From contig DASRYM010000091.1 of NCBI GenBank assembly GCA_035687145.1, positions 9,228 through 73,227 of the forward strand: a DNA stretch of 64,000 bases, given 5' to 3'. A program made the position numbers and the translations under genes. This stretch comes from Candidatus Zixiibacteriota bacterium. Lineage in GTDB: Bacteria; Chloroflexota; Limnocylindria; QHBO01. Below the pieces are notes generated by a model, which made no database searches, had not been told where the DNA came from, and worked only from the letters and a program-made list of their open reading frames with translations. Positions 42,052 to 52,044 of this stretch are shown here, in pieces; the first letter of the stretch is position 1, and each line of letters opens with the position of its first letter.

Positions 42052-42591
42052 TCAGCCCGCGGTGAGCCGCGCCCGCATCCGCTCCAGGCGGTTGCGCACG
42101 CTGGCGTCGTACAGCACGTCGCCGATCCGCACGGCGATCCCGCCGATCAGGGACCCGTCGACGACCTCGTTCATCTCGACTCGCGCCTCGGCCAGCCGGG
42201 TGAGCCGCTCCGCCAGCGCGCCGCGCTGCTGCTCGTCCAGTGGCAGGGCGGTGCGCACCTCGGCCCGGCGGACGCCGCGGTGCCGGCGCAGCAGCTCGCC
42301 GAAGTGCTCGACCATGCGATCGAAGGCCCCCGGCCGGCCACGGCGGATCATGAGCAGCAGCAGGTTGAGCGTCTCGGCGCCCACCGCGTCGCCCACCACC
42401 CGGCGCAGCAGCCGCTCCTTGGCGGCGTAGGGGAGAGCTGGGTGCTCGACCGCGCGCCGCAGCTCGGCGTTGTCCATTGCCACGGCCAGGGTCGCCAGGT
42501 CGCGCTCCCAGCGGTCCAGGGTGCCGTCCTCCCGGCCGATCTCGAAGGCGGCCTCCGCGTAGCGGCGTGCGGCGGTCTCACGGCGCGGCAT
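42052..42591 (-). CDS. atpH: F1 ATP synthase delta (OSCP) subunit
   Basis: The sequence ARRYAEAAFEIG...GGIAVRIGDVLYDASVRNRLERM. Confidence 0.92.
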   Translation of the reverse strand: MPRRETAARRYAEAAFEIGREDGTLDRWERDLATLAVAMDNAELRRAVEHPALPYAAKERLLRRVVGDAVGAETLNLLLLMIRRGRPGAFDRMVEHFGELLRRHRGVRRAEVRTALPLDEQQRGALAERLTRLAEARVEMNEVVDGSLIGGIAVRIGDVLYDASVRNRLERMRARLTAG

Positions 42592-42595
42592 GCGG

Positions 42596-43144
42596 CTACG
42601 AGCTCCTTCCCGCGCCCGCGTTCGTCGCCCCGGTCGGCCCGTTTGCCGGCTGCGCCTCGGCCAGGAACTCCTCGACCAGGCGTCGGTGGGTGGCGGCCGT
42701 CATCTCGGAGCGCACCAGCTTGCCGGCCGCCTCCAGCGCCAGGTCGGCCACGTGGGTCCGCAGCTCGGCCAGCGCCTTCTCCTTCTCGGCGTTGATCTCC
42801 TCGCGGGCACGGGCCGTGACCTTCTCCGCCTCGGCGCGCGCCTCGGCCAGGATCTCGTTGCGGGTGTCCTCGGCCATCTTCGCGGCGCGGGCGATCATCT
42901 CCTGGGCCTCGCGGCGCGCATCCGCGAGCGCCGCCTCGCGCTCGGCGCGGGCCAGCTCACGGTCGCGGGCCGCCGCCTCGGCGTCCTCCAGGCCCTTCTG
43001 GATCCTGGCGTTGCGCTCATCCAGCTGCTGCAGCACGCGGCGGAACAGGAAGCGGTTCAGCAGCCAGAGCAGCAGCAGGAAGTTGACGATCTGGAAGGCG
43101 AGCTTCCAGACGTCGACGCCGAAGGCGTTGAAGAACTCGAGCAA
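42596..43144 (-). CDS. atpF: Fo ATP synthase b subunit
   Basis: It has an N-terminal TM span followed by a long charged A/E/R helix, and it lies between atpE and atpH. Confidence 0.9.
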   Translation of the reverse strand: MLEFFNAFGVDVWKLAFQIVNFLLLLWLLNRFLFRRVLQQLDERNARIQKGLEDAEAAARDRELARAEREAALADARREAQEMIARAAKMAEDTRNEILAEARAEAEKVTARAREEINAEKEKALAELRTHVADLALEAAGKLVRSEMTAATHRRLVEEFLAEAQPANGPTGATNAGAGRSS

Positions 43145-43157
43145 CGCTCGGGCCTCC

Positions 43158-43427
<270 letters not shown>

Positions 43428-44270
43428 CTAAGCGTTGGTCGGGGCAGCATCGGTCTGATGCTGCTGGACCTTTGGGCTCTCCTTCTCCTCGCCCTCGTGG
43501 CCATGGCCGCCGCCATGGTGCTCCGCGATGGCGAGGGTGATGTAGGTCATGGCCAGCAGGCTGAAGACGAGCGCCTGCACGAAGCCGAACACGAGCTCAA
43601 GGCCCAGGAAGACGGCCGGCACCACCACGAAGGTGAGGGCCAGCATGGTGGCCAGCAGCACCTCGCCCGCGAAGACGTTGCCGAAGAGTCGCATCGACAG
43701 GCTGATGAGGCGCGAGAGCTCGCTGATGAGGTGGATGGGGAACATGAGGGGGGCCATGTAGCGCGGCTCGCCGACCAGCTCCTTGAGGTAGCCGCCCACG
43801 CCGTTGATGCGCACGCCCCACCACACGAAGACCACGAAGGCCACCATGGCCAGGCCCAGGGTGTAGTTCAGGTCGGCCGATGCCGGCCGGATGAGCGGCA
43901 CCAGCACCGTCTCGCCGTGCTCCTCGTGGAGGAGGCCGATGGTCCCCACGCCCGGCAGCAGCCCGATCCAGTTGGCGACCAGGATCATGAGGAAGAAGCT
44001 CATGATGAGTGCCGCGTAGCCGCGCCAGCGCGAGGTGGAGCCGGCCAGGATGCCCGCCATCCACTCGATGGGCATCTCGATCAGGCTCTGCACGCGGCTC
44101 GGCACCAGCGAGCCGCGGCGCGTGAAGTACCAGGCCGCCACCAGCAGCACGATCGAGGCGAGCAGCGCGCCGACCATGCTGTTGGTGAACTCGAAGGGAC
44201 CGATGCTGAAGAGCGGCTCAGCCTTGATGCTGACGTGGATCAGGCTGCCGCCGCCCTCTTCTTCAGGCAC
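43428..44270 (-). CDS. atpB: Fo ATP synthase a subunit
   Basis: The conserved Arg region is LISLSMRLFGNVFAGE. It has a His-rich C-terminal tail. Confidence 0.95.
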   Translation of the reverse strand: MPEEEGGGSLIHVSIKAEPLFSIGPFEFTNSMVGALLASIVLLVAAWYFTRRGSLVPSRVQSLIEMPIEWMAGILAGSTSRWRGYAALIMSFFLMILVANWIGLLPGVGTIGLLHEEHGETVLVPLIRPASADLNYTLGLAMVAFVVFVWWGVRINGVGGYLKELVGEPRYMAPLMFPIHLISELSRLISLSMRLFGNVFAGEVLLATMLALTFVVVPAVFLGLELVFGFVQALVFSLLAMTYITLAIAEHHGGGHGHEGEEKESPKVQQHQTDAAPTNA

Positions 44271-44276
44271 GCTGCG

Positions 44277-44495
44277 CTATCTCCTCATTGCGTCCCGGGC
44301 CACGTCCCAGATCGTGTACATGGCCGCCCCGATGCCCAGCGCCGTCCCCAGCAGGGTGAAGAGCGGGATGGTATCGAGCCAGTTGTCCACGACCAGGCCG
44401 CCGCCCAGTCCCAGGATCACCGAGATCCCCAGCCGCAGCCCCAGGTCGAACGCGATGCCCCACGGAGCGTTGGGCTTCGGTTGCTCATCGCCCAT
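44277..44495 (-). CDS. AtpZ/AtpI-family small membrane protein
   Basis: 72 aa with 2 TM spans (WGIAFDLGLRLGISVILGLGGGLVVDNWL), immediately upstream of atpB. Confidence 0.7.
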   Translation of the reverse strand: MGDEQPKPNAPWGIAFDLGLRLGISVILGLGGGLVVDNWLDTIPLFTLLGTALGIGAAMYTIWDVARDAMRR

Positions 44496-44730
44496 CCGCT
44501 CGTCCGCCCGGCCCTCGGTACCGCCCCGCGCGGGAGCGGATGTAGAGCCAGATCCCCGTAGCTGCAGCCAGGCTTCCGACCACCAGCCCGCTCAACACCA
44601 AAAGAGGCGAGGTCTCCAGCATCGCATCGAGCGCGAGGCCGAGCACCGTGCCTCCCACCATGGGGACCACCAGGATCAGCGTCACATGGCCCAGGATCCT
44701 GACGAGGTCCGCAGGCGTCAGTTGTGTCAT
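44485..44730 (-). CDS. ATP synthase protein I-like small membrane protein
   Basis: This is the internal ATG (44730) of track ORF 44485..44967. The product is MTQLTPADLVRILGHVTLILVVPMVGGTVLGLALD... with 2 TM spans. Confidence 0.55.
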   Translation of the reverse strand: MTQLTPADLVRILGHVTLILVVPMVGGTVLGLALDAMLETSPLLVLSGLVVGSLAAATGIWLYIRSRAGRYRGPGGRADGR

Positions 44731-44865
44731 GCGGGAGTTCGACTCACAGCGGTCGGACGGCGCGAGTATAGCCGAGGCTCCGCAAGAACGCTCACCGGCC
44801 ACCGGGCGTTTGACGTAGCCCGGCTCGCGCCACTGCACCGATGTCGCCCGCCGTCCGCGCCCGGC

Positions 44866-45369
44866 ATGCTGCAGGGCATGGAACTCACCGCCGCGGCCAC
44901 CCGCTGGATCGACGCGCCGCCCGATCGCCTGTACCGCTACCTCGCCGACTTCCGCAACCACCACCATCGATTCCTGCCCGAGGCCTTCAGCGACTTCCGG
45001 GTCCTGGAGGGCGGCTACGGGACGGGCACCGTCAACCGCTTCACCATGACCCTGGGCGGGCAGCCGCGCCGCCTGCGCACCATCGTCACCGAGCCGGAGC
45101 CCGGGCAGGTGCTGGTGGAGATCGCCGCCGACGGGTCCAGCCGCACCAAGTTCACCGTCACGCCCGAGGGCACCGGAGCTCGCGTCCAGATCGAGACGAG
45201 CTGGGCCAGCGCCCGTGGCCTGCCCGGCATCATGGAGCGCCTGGTCGCGCCGGCCATGCTGCGCCGCGTGTACGCCGAGGAGCTGGAGCTGCTGGAGCTC
45301 TATGCCCGCAGCCAGGACGCACGCGCAGCAGCACCCGCGGCCAACGAGGCGTCACCCCTGAACGCCTGA
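44866..45369 (+). CDS. SRPBCC (polyketide cyclase/dehydrase-like) family protein
   Basis: The pattern AATRWIDAPPDRLYRYLADFRNHHHRFLP...RTKFTVTPEG fits the SRPBCC family. The start is ATG 44866 or 44878. Confidence 0.65.
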   Translation: MLQGMELTAAATRWIDAPPDRLYRYLADFRNHHHRFLPEAFSDFRVLEGGYGTGTVNRFTMTLGGQPRRLRTIVTEPEPGQVLVEIAADGSSRTKFTVTPEGTGARVQIETSWASARGLPGIMERLVAPAMLRRVYAEELELLELYARSQDARAAAPAANEASPLNA

Positions 45370-45449
45370 GGCGGGCTGCCCGCGGCCCGACGCCGCCCGG
45401 CCAAAGGGGCCGGACATTCGCCGCGGGAGCGCAGCGGCGCAACGGGCCC

Positions 45450-46730
45450 TCAGCGGGTGGCGGCGGCCTCCGCCACGGTGTGCGGCAGCCCCGGCACCGG
45501 GAAGCGGTCCACGATCCCGGCCACGCCGGCGCGCACCCGCTCCTGGGCCCCGGGGTCGCCCCGCGCCGCGATGCCGTCCACGATCAGCTGGGCGATCGCC
45601 CGCATCTCCGGCTCGCGCATGCCGCGGCCGGTGACCGCCGGCGTCCCGACCCGGATCCCGGAGGCCACCAGCGGCGGGTTCGGGTCGTAGGGGATCGTGT
45701 TGCGGTTGACGGTGATCCGCACCTCGCCCAGGGCGATATCGGCCTCCTTGCCGGTCACGCCCAGCGGACGGACGTCGACCAGCATGAGGTGGTTATCGGT
45801 CCCGCCGGAGACGATGGAAGCCCCCTGCGAGGCCAGCGCAGCCGCCAGCTCCCGCGCGTTGGCCACGGTCTGCTCCATGTCGCGCTTGAACTCGGGCGAC
45901 ATGGCCTGCTTGAAGGCCACCGCCTTGGCAGCGATGACGTGCTCCAGCGGCCCACCCTGCATGGCCGGGAAGACGGCCTTGTCGATTGCCTTGGCGTGCT
46001 CGGCGGTGCACAGGATCATCCCACCCCGCGGGCCGCGCAGCGTCTTGTGCGTGGTGGTGGTCACGACCTGCGCGTACGGCACCGGCGAGGGGTGAACGCC
46101 GGCCGCCACCAGGCCGGCGAAGTGGGCCATATCGGTCATCAGGATGGCGCCAACCTCGTCGGCGATCTCGCGGAAGGCGGTGAAGTCCCAGTAGCGCGGG
46201 TAGGCCGTGGCCCCGGTCACGATCATCTTGGGCCGGTGCTCGCGGGCCAGGGCGCGCACCTCGTCCATGTCGATCAGGTGCGTCTCGCGGTCGACGTGGT
46301 AGGGGATGAACTCGTAGTACTGGCCGCTGAAGTTCACCGGCGAGCCGTGGGTCAGGTGCCCGCCCTGGTCCAGCGCCAGCCCCATGACCTTGTCGCCGCG
46401 CTCCAGCAGGGCGTGGTAGACGGCCATGTTGGCCTGCGCCCCGGCATGGGGCTGGACGTTGACGTGCTCCGCGCCGAACAGCTCCTTCGCGCGCTGGCGG
46501 GCGAGCTCCTCGGCTTCGTCCACCCACTCGCAGCCGCCGTAGTAGCGGCGCCCCGGGTAGCCCTCGGCGTACTTGCCGGTGAGGATCGAGCCGGTGGCCT
46601 GCAGCACGGCCAGCGACGGGTAGCTCTCCGAGGCGATCAACTCGAGGTGCGAGCGGGTCCGCTCCTCCTCCGCCTTGATGATGCGGAAGATCTCGGGGTC
46701 CTCGGTCTCCAGCGGCGCCCAGAAATCCAT
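45450..46730 (-). CDS. glyA: serine hydroxymethyltransferase
   Basis: The PLP-Lys motif is [15 protein letters not shown]. It starts [25 protein letters not shown], the internal ATG of track ORF 45450..46862. Confidence 0.97.
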   Translation of the reverse strand: MDFWAPLETEDPEIFRIIKAEEERTRSHLELIASESYPSLAVLQATGSILTGKYAEGYPGRRYYGGCEWVDEAEELARQRAKELFGAEHVNVQPHAGAQANMAVYHALLERGDKVMGLALDQGGHLTHGSPVNFSGQYYEFIPYHVDRETHLIDMDEVRALAREHRPKMIVTGATAYPRYWDFTAFREIADEVGAILMTDMAHFAGLVAAGVHPSPVPYAQVVTTTTHKTLRGPRGGMILCTAEHAKAIDKAVFPAMQGGPLEHVIAAKAVAFKQAMSPEFKRDMEQTVANARELAAALASQGASIVSGGTDNHLMLVDVRPLGVTGKEADIALGEVRITVNRNTIPYDPNPPLVASGIRVGTPAVTGRGMREPEMRAIAQLIVDGIAARGDPGAQERVRAGVAGIVDRFPVPGLPHTVAEAAATR

Positions 46731-47240
46731 GGCTCTCAGTCGTCCTCGCGGTGCGCGCTCACGGCGGGTACGAGTGTAGACCGATGCAGGAAGCCACGGC
46801 TCGCCGGGCCCGTGGGCGGCGTCAGGCCGCGAGCTGCAGGCGCTCGAGGAGCCGCCTGCCACGCTCCCAGGCAGCCGGGTGGCGCAGCCTGAGGCGGTGC
46901 GCCTCGTAGAACAGGAGCCGGCGAGGGAGGGGCGGCGGTTTCCGGAACGGCGATCCCGTGCATGCCCTCACGGTGCGCCGCGTCCGGCATGCCGCCAAGG
47001 TCCGAAGGTCGCCGGATTGGGTGTCGAACGGCGCCGACTGCCGAACGGTGCCGAATCACCAACAGTTGGTGGTAAAGGCGAGGAACCTGCCGGTTCGTCG
47101 CGAATTCACCAGCCGGTCACCACTTCCAACCAACAAAGGGCCAGATTCGGCCCCCGTGCCCGGAATCGTCGCCGTTACCACCATTCCGTGGTGACTCTGT
47201 GGCGTCCGGGGTGGCCGCGAGCCGGGCTGACCGGCCGGGC

Positions 47241-48245
47241 TTACCGGCCCGGGGTGCGAGCGGTCCAGGCGATGCGCTCGTCGACGTGGCGATGCAGCCG
47301 GTAGTGGGTCGGCACGAAGCCCAGCGCCGTCCAGGACCGATGGGCCGGCAGCCAGGCGGTCCGCCAGTCGGTCACGCAGGCCGTGGCGCCGGCCTGGCGC
47401 GCCTCGGCGAAGGCGGCCGACAGCAGGGCGCGCATCAGGCCGCGGCCGCGCTCCTCGGGCAGGGTCATGGCGGTGGCGAGCTGCCAGGCGCCGGCGGGCG
47501 CCATCGGTCCATGCGCACCCTCGTAGAGGGAGGCACAGGCAACCGCCCGGCCGTCCTCCAGCGCAACCCAGTGGTGAGCCTCGGCGTCGACCAGCGCCTC
47601 CTCCCAGCCGGGGCGGTACGCCGCGAAGCCCTCCGGCAGGGTGATGGCATAGGCCGGCGCCTGCTGCAGCGCCTCCCCGATGAGAGGCAGCAGCGGCTCC
47701 AGCAGGCCCAGGTCGTCAAGCGTGGCGCGCCGGATGGTCATCCCCGGCGGCGGATCGGCAGCCGACAGGTCCAGGCCACGCAGGGCGTGCGCCTGCATCA
47801 CGCCGAAGCCGGTACGCACCCAGGCGGCCAGGAGGTCCGGGTCGTCGGCCGCCACGTGGACGTAGTGGCGGAAGAAACCGCGCCGCACGAAGTGCTCCGA
47901 CCAGGCGGCGTACAGGTCGCGGATCAGCTCGGGATCGGCGCCGTCGGCCAGGGCGCTGCCCTCGATGGGGCTCCAGCAGGCGCGCCCCCAGATCGCCTCG
48001 TGGCGCTCGAAGCCGGCCAGGAAGCCGATCGACGCATCGTCCACCAGGCCGATGACCCCGTGCGCGCCGGGACGCTCGAGGAGCGCCGCCACCGCATCGG
48101 TCCAGGCCGATGCCGACTCGTGGTCGCCTGACAGCTCGGTCCGCACCCGGCGCAGCCGTCGCTGACGCCGGGCCAACAGGTCGGCGGCGACGGGCGCATC
48201 GTCCGGCGTCATGACCCGGACCGTGACCGACGGCGGGCGCGGCAT
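47241..48245 (-). CDS. GNAT-family N-acetyltransferase (tandem GNAT-like halves)
   Basis: Motif A-like TLPEERGRGLMRALLSAAFAEARQAG lies in the C-terminal half. The start is taken at the internal ATG 48245. Confidence 0.65.
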   Translation of the reverse strand: MPRPPSVTVRVMTPDDAPVAADLLARRQRRLRRVRTELSGDHESASAWTDAVAALLERPGAHGVIGLVDDASIGFLAGFERHEAIWGRACWSPIEGSALADGADPELIRDLYAAWSEHFVRRGFFRHYVHVAADDPDLLAAWVRTGFGVMQAHALRGLDLSAADPPPGMTIRRATLDDLGLLEPLLPLIGEALQQAPAYAITLPEGFAAYRPGWEEALVDAEAHHWVALEDGRAVACASLYEGAHGPMAPAGAWQLATAMTLPEERGRGLMRALLSAAFAEARQAGATACVTDWRTAWLPAHRSWTALGFVPTHYRLHRHVDERIAWTARTPGR

Positions 48246-48264
48246 GGCCGCCGAAGGATAGCGG

Positions 48265-48669
48265 TCAGCCGGGGCCGATGCGCCCGTCGCCCTCGATCCG
48301 CAGCCGCTGCCCGGCCCGGATAGAGGCCAGCTGTCGCGGATCCACCACCACGATCGGGATCCGCGCGCCATACAGATCCTCGGCCACGGCCGCGCCGACG
48401 GCCAGGATGTGGTCCGGCTCCCCCAGCAGGATCGCGGACGGGGCGGTGCCGACCCGCGCGGCCTCGGCCAGGACGGACGACGAGGAGGAGGAGCCCCGCG
48501 CGGCCGGCATGACCAGCACCCGGCCGGTCACGACCGCGCCGTGCTGCGGGTGGTGGGCATCGATGATCTCGCCGCTGTTTGGGTCCAGTCCGCCCCACAG
48601 CGACAGCGGCTCGTCCAGCACCAGCGCCTCGCCGGCGGCCGTGCCCGGGGCCAGGACGTGCCCGTTCAT
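48265..48669 (-). CDS. aconitase X swivel-domain protein (DUF126, AcnX small subunit)
   Basis: The sequence GEALVLDEPLSLWGGLDPNSGEIID..HP..G..V.GRVLVMPAARGSSSSS. The ATG overlaps the upstream stop (ATGA). Confidence 0.8.
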   Translation of the reverse strand: MNGHVLAPGTAAGEALVLDEPLSLWGGLDPNSGEIIDAHHPQHGAVVTGRVLVMPAARGSSSSSSVLAEAARVGTAPSAILLGEPDHILAVGAAVAEDLYGARIPIVVVDPRQLASIRAGQRLRIEGDGRIGPG

Positions 48670-49889
48670 GCGTCGCCCCACAGCGCAGGGTCGCGCCAGA
48701 CCCGGCCCCGCACCGCGGACTCCACGCATTCCCGTCGTGACGCGAAAACCACCCGGGCTCCGATGTTCCCCGGCGCGTAGTAGGCCCACTTGGCCGAGTC
48801 GGTCATCACCGGGAGCGGCGTGGGCCGCAGGATGGGCCCCAGGTAGCTGCAGGTGTCGACGAGCAGCTCCGCCCCGGCGTCCTGCAGCCGTCGGGCGGCC
48901 TCCTCGGCGGCCGCCAGCACGCCCCGCGAGGTGGCGACGAGGAGCTCCACGTCCGGGTGGACCCGCCGACCGGCCAGCTCCGCGACGATGTGGTGCAGCT
49001 CCGCCACCGAAGCGTGCGGCGTGCCGAGCGAGACGGCCCCGATCGGTGCGCCCGGCACCGCGTCCGCCGTGGAGAGGGCGTCGCGCGCCGCGCGCAGCTC
49101 ATCGATGGTGATCTCGACGACCGCCTCGGGCTGGCCGCCGTGCAGCGCGGCCTCCAGGGTGGGCGCCTCGGGCGTGGAGCCCACGGCGTGGAACATGGCG
49201 ACCGCCCCGGACGAGGCGGCGGCGGCGCCGATCGCCTTCAGCCGGTCCTCGGACAACCCCGGCGGCAGGCCGTCCAGGGCGGCCACCCGGCTCCCGGCGC
49301 GTCGTCCCACCACGATGCCCAGGACCGGGTAGAGGGCGTCGGCATCGCGCAGCGCCTCGGGGACGTCGGCGGCGAGGCGCAGGACCAGGACGGCGCGACG
49401 GGCATCGGTCCGGTGGAGTCCCGCGTTCGGCGCGCGACCGGTGATGGCGCAGGCGATGTCCGTGAAGTCGCCGTAGCGCTCGGTGCGGGCGCCGAGCACG
49501 CTGTTGGCGAAGACGATGGCGTTCGACTCGGCCCAGGCCACCTGCTCACCCAGGCCCGGCCGCGCGTCGCTGAGCTGGTACGGGGCGCAGGTGTAGGTCG
49601 CGTGGCAGCCGAGCGCGCGATAGGCCTCCATCAGGCGCCGGCCGCGCTCCGCGTGCTCAGGGTCGCCGCGCCACAGCTCCGGGTGCAGGAGGTCGAGGCT
49701 TCCCACGTTCAGGGTGGTCGGCACGCTGACCCGGGCGCCGCCGTCCAGCAGGCGCTGGGCGAAGTCCAGGCTGGCCTGGCCGTGGTACAGGCAGGAGTCG
49801 ACGTGGGCGCGGGTGATCGGGATGAGACGCTCGGCATCGAGCGCCTGCGCCACGCGGACCACCAGGCGCATGGCCAGCGCCGCTCCCAC
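48666..49889 (-). CDS. aconitase X catalytic-domain protein (DUF521, AcnX large subunit)
   Basis: The sequence RLIPITRAHVDSCLYHG...TYTCAPY. The conserved N-terminal segment LNLTPDERALLAGEAG continues upstream of the first canonical start, so the true start may be CTG at 49940. Confidence 0.8.
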   Translation of the reverse strand: MGAALAMRLVVRVAQALDAERLIPITRAHVDSCLYHGQASLDFAQRLLDGGARVSVPTTLNVGSLDLLHPELWRGDPEHAERGRRLMEAYRALGCHATYTCAPYQLSDARPGLGEQVAWAESNAIVFANSVLGARTERYGDFTDIACAITGRAPNAGLHRTDARRAVLVLRLAADVPEALRDADALYPVLGIVVGRRAGSRVAALDGLPPGLSEDRLKAIGAAAASSGAVAMFHAVGSTPEAPTLEAALHGGQPEAVVEITIDELRAARDALSTADAVPGAPIGAVSLGTPHASVAELHHIVAELAGRRVHPDVELLVATSRGVLAAAEEAARRLQDAGAELLVDTCSYLGPILRPTPLPVMTDSAKWAYYAPGNIGARVVFASRRECVESAVRGRVWRDPALWGDA

Positions 49890-49942
49890 GCCGGCCTCGC
49901 CGGCCAGCAGCGCCCGCTCGTCAGGCGTCAGGTTGAGCAGGG

Positions 49943-50401
49943 CTATCGGCCGCCTCCGGCCTCTTCGGCCTCCAGCCGGGCGATCTTCTCGATGCGCGGG
50001 ATGTGCCGCCCGCCGCTGAACTCGGCCTCCAGGAAGGCCCGCAGGCTGGCCTTGGCCACCTCGGTGCCGATGACGCGCGCGCCGAACGAGATGCAGTTGG
50101 CGTCGTTGTGCTCGCGGGCCAGGCGCGCCACCACCGGGTCGCTGGCCTGCACGCAGCGGATGCCCCGGACCTTGTTGGCCACGATCGCCTCGCCGGTGCC
50201 GCTGCCGCCCAGCACGATCCCGAACCGGTACTCGCCCCGTGCCACCGCACGGGCCACCGGGGCGATGAAGTCGGGGTAGTCGACCGCCTCGTCCGAGAAG
50301 GTGCCGAAATCGCGGTACTCGATGCGCAGCTCATCCAGCAGCGTGCAGAGCTCGCCCTTGAGCGCGAATCCGGCGTGGTCCGAACCGATGGCGACGCGCA
50401 T
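49943..50401 (-). CDS. rpiB: ribose-5-phosphate isomerase B
   Basis: The sequence MRVAIGSDHAGFALK...GIVLGGSGTGEAIVANKVRGIRC. Confidence 0.93.
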   Translation of the reverse strand: MRVAIGSDHAGFALKGELCTLLDELRIEYRDFGTFSDEAVDYPDFIAPVARAVARGEYRFGIVLGGSGTGEAIVANKVRGIRCVQASDPVVARLAREHNDANCISFGARVIGTEVAKASLRAFLEAEFSGGRHIPRIEKIARLEAEEAGGGR

Positions 50402-50500
50402 GGCGCGAGTGTACGTGCCGTGTGCGCCGCCGGAAGGGGCAAACCCCGAATCGGGGTTGGGTGCGGGTGGGCGCCGCTGCCTCCAGCCTGCGCCCCCGGG

Positions 50501-51109
50501 TCAAGGCGAGAGGCTGACGACATCGGCCAGCATGTCCGCCGTTACCGGGCCTTCGCGAAGGATGCGGGCCTCGGGCTGCGTGAGGTCCACCACGGTGGAG
50601 GCAACACCACCCGGCACCGGGCCGCCGTCCACCACCGCGTCCAGCTCCACGTTCTGGGTGGCGAAGGCGACCAGCACCTCGTCGGCGTCCAGTGTCTCCG
50701 GCTCGTCCGAGATGTTGGCGCTGGTGGTCAGCAGCGGGCCGGCCTCGCGGATGAGGGCCAGGGCCACCGGGTGGTCGGGGGCGCGGAAGGCCTGCGACTC
50801 GCCGCCGGACTCGGACGGCGCCAGCACCAGCGTCAAGGCGCCCGGCCAGAAGCGGGAGGCCAGCGCCCGCGCCCGCTCGTCCACCACCCAGCCGGTCGGG
50901 ATCTCGTCCAGCCCGGAGACCAGCATCGGGATGCGGCGGTCCACCGGACGGCGCTTCAGGGCGAACAACGCATCCATCCGGTCGCGGCGCGAGGCGGCCA
51001 CGGCGACCCCGTAGACGGTATCCGTCGGGAAGGCGACCAGGCCGCCGTCGCGCAGGATCGCGGCCGCCTGCGCGATCCCCGTGGCGTCGGGAGGCAGCCG
51101 CTCGGTCAT
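50501..51109 (-). CDS. tsaC: L-threonylcarbamoyladenylate synthase (YrdC/Sua5 domain)
   Basis: The sequence GGLVAFPTDTVYGVAV...KRRP...PGALTLVL...SANISDEP. Confidence 0.9.
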   Translation of the reverse strand: MTERLPPDATGIAQAAAILRDGGLVAFPTDTVYGVAVAASRRDRMDALFALKRRPVDRRIPMLVSGLDEIPTGWVVDERARALASRFWPGALTLVLAPSESGGESQAFRAPDHPVALALIREAGPLLTTSANISDEPETLDADEVLVAFATQNVELDAVVDGGPVPGGVASTVVDLTQPEARILREGPVTADMLADVVSLSP

Positions 51110-52044
51110 GTCCGCGCAATCCGGACGACGCGCTCGATCCCGGACAGGTCCGGAACGGTTTCGATCACGGCGGACATCGGCAGCGCGCCGGCGAGCTCGC
51201 GCACGGCGTCCGCCTGCCCGGCCCCGATCTCCAGCAGCGCCACCCCGCCCGTCGCCAGGCGCTCCGGCAGCCGGCTCAGCAGCCGGCGGATCAGGTCCAA
51301 TCCGTCCCGGCCGCCGTCCAGCGCGGCGCGCGGCTCCCAGGCCAGCGAACCGTGGCCGGCTGCGGCCTCCTCGGAGGTGAGGTAGGGCAGGTTGGCGACC
51401 AGCACGTCGGGCCGCTGCGGGGCCGGCAGCACCGCCGGCTCAAGGAGGTCGCCGAGGCCCAGGGTGACGATCCCGTCGACGCCGTGGGCGGCCAGGTTCT
51501 CGGCCGCCAGCTCCAGTGCCTCGGCCGATGCGTCGGACGCCGCCAGCCGCACGCGGCCCAGCTGCACCGCCGTGCGGAATCGGACGGCCAGCGCCACGGC
51601 CACGGCCCCGCTCCCGGTGGCCACTTCCCAGGCGGCGATCGGCTCACCGTCGCGGGCCAGCCGGGCGGCGATCTCGGCGATGGCCGCCTCGGCCAGCAGC
51701 TCCGTCTCGGGGCGCGGGATGAGGGCCCGCGGATCGGCCCGGATGCGGAGCGAGAACCATTCCTTGAAGCCACGGATGTAGGCCACCGGCTCTCCGGCGG
51801 CGCGCCGCTCGATCCAGGCCTCCAGCTGACCGCGCTCTTCCGCCGCGAGCTCCGCCTCGGGGTGGGCCGCCAGCCAGGTCCGGTCGCGGCCGAACGCATG
51901 GGCCACCAGCAGCTCGGCGTCCAGCCGGGCGGTGGGCGAGCCGCTCTCGCGCAGCCGCTCGGTCGCCGCGGCAACCAGTGACCGGGCGTCGGGGCGGAGC
52001 GTCTGCGTCTCCATCGGTCCGTGGTGGTCAGGCCCGACCATCAC
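51106..52044 (-). CDS. prmC: release-factor glutamine N5-methyltransferase
   Basis: The SAM motif is [14 protein letters not shown] and the catalytic motif is VANLPYL (NxPY). It lies after prfA. The start may instead be ATG 52014. Confidence 0.88.
   Translation of the reverse strand: MMVGPDHHGPMETQTLRPDARSLVAAATERLRESGSPTARLDAELLVAHAFGRDRTWLAAHPEAELAAEERGQLEAWIERRAAGEPVAYIRGFKEWFSLRIRADPRALIPRPETELLAEAAIAEIAARLARDGEPIAAWEVATGSGAVAVALAVRFRTAVQLGRVRLAASDASAEALELAAENLAAHGVDGIVTLGLGDLLEPAVLPAPQRPDVLVANLPYLTSEEAAAGHGSLAWEPRAALDGGRDGLDLIRRLLSRLPERLATGGVALLEIGAGQADAVRELAGALPMSAVIETVPDLSGIERVVRIART

Noticed and set aside
46731-47000. ZTP (pfl) riboswitch upstream of glyA
   Set aside because: The reverse strand has gggaucgccg...ggaaacc...cugccugggag. 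This only superficially resembles the conserved GGGACUGGCG ... CCGCCUGGGC elements, and the invariant ACUGGCG and CCGCC pseudoknot nucleotides are not matched. A cmscan would be decisive.
47085-47110. tRNA-like T-arm (ggttcg)
   Set aside because: The sequence is ggttcgtcgcgaattc, not GGTTCGAATCC. No acceptor, D-arm or anticodon-arm pairing surrounds it. No tRNA was recognised in any intergenic region of the window.
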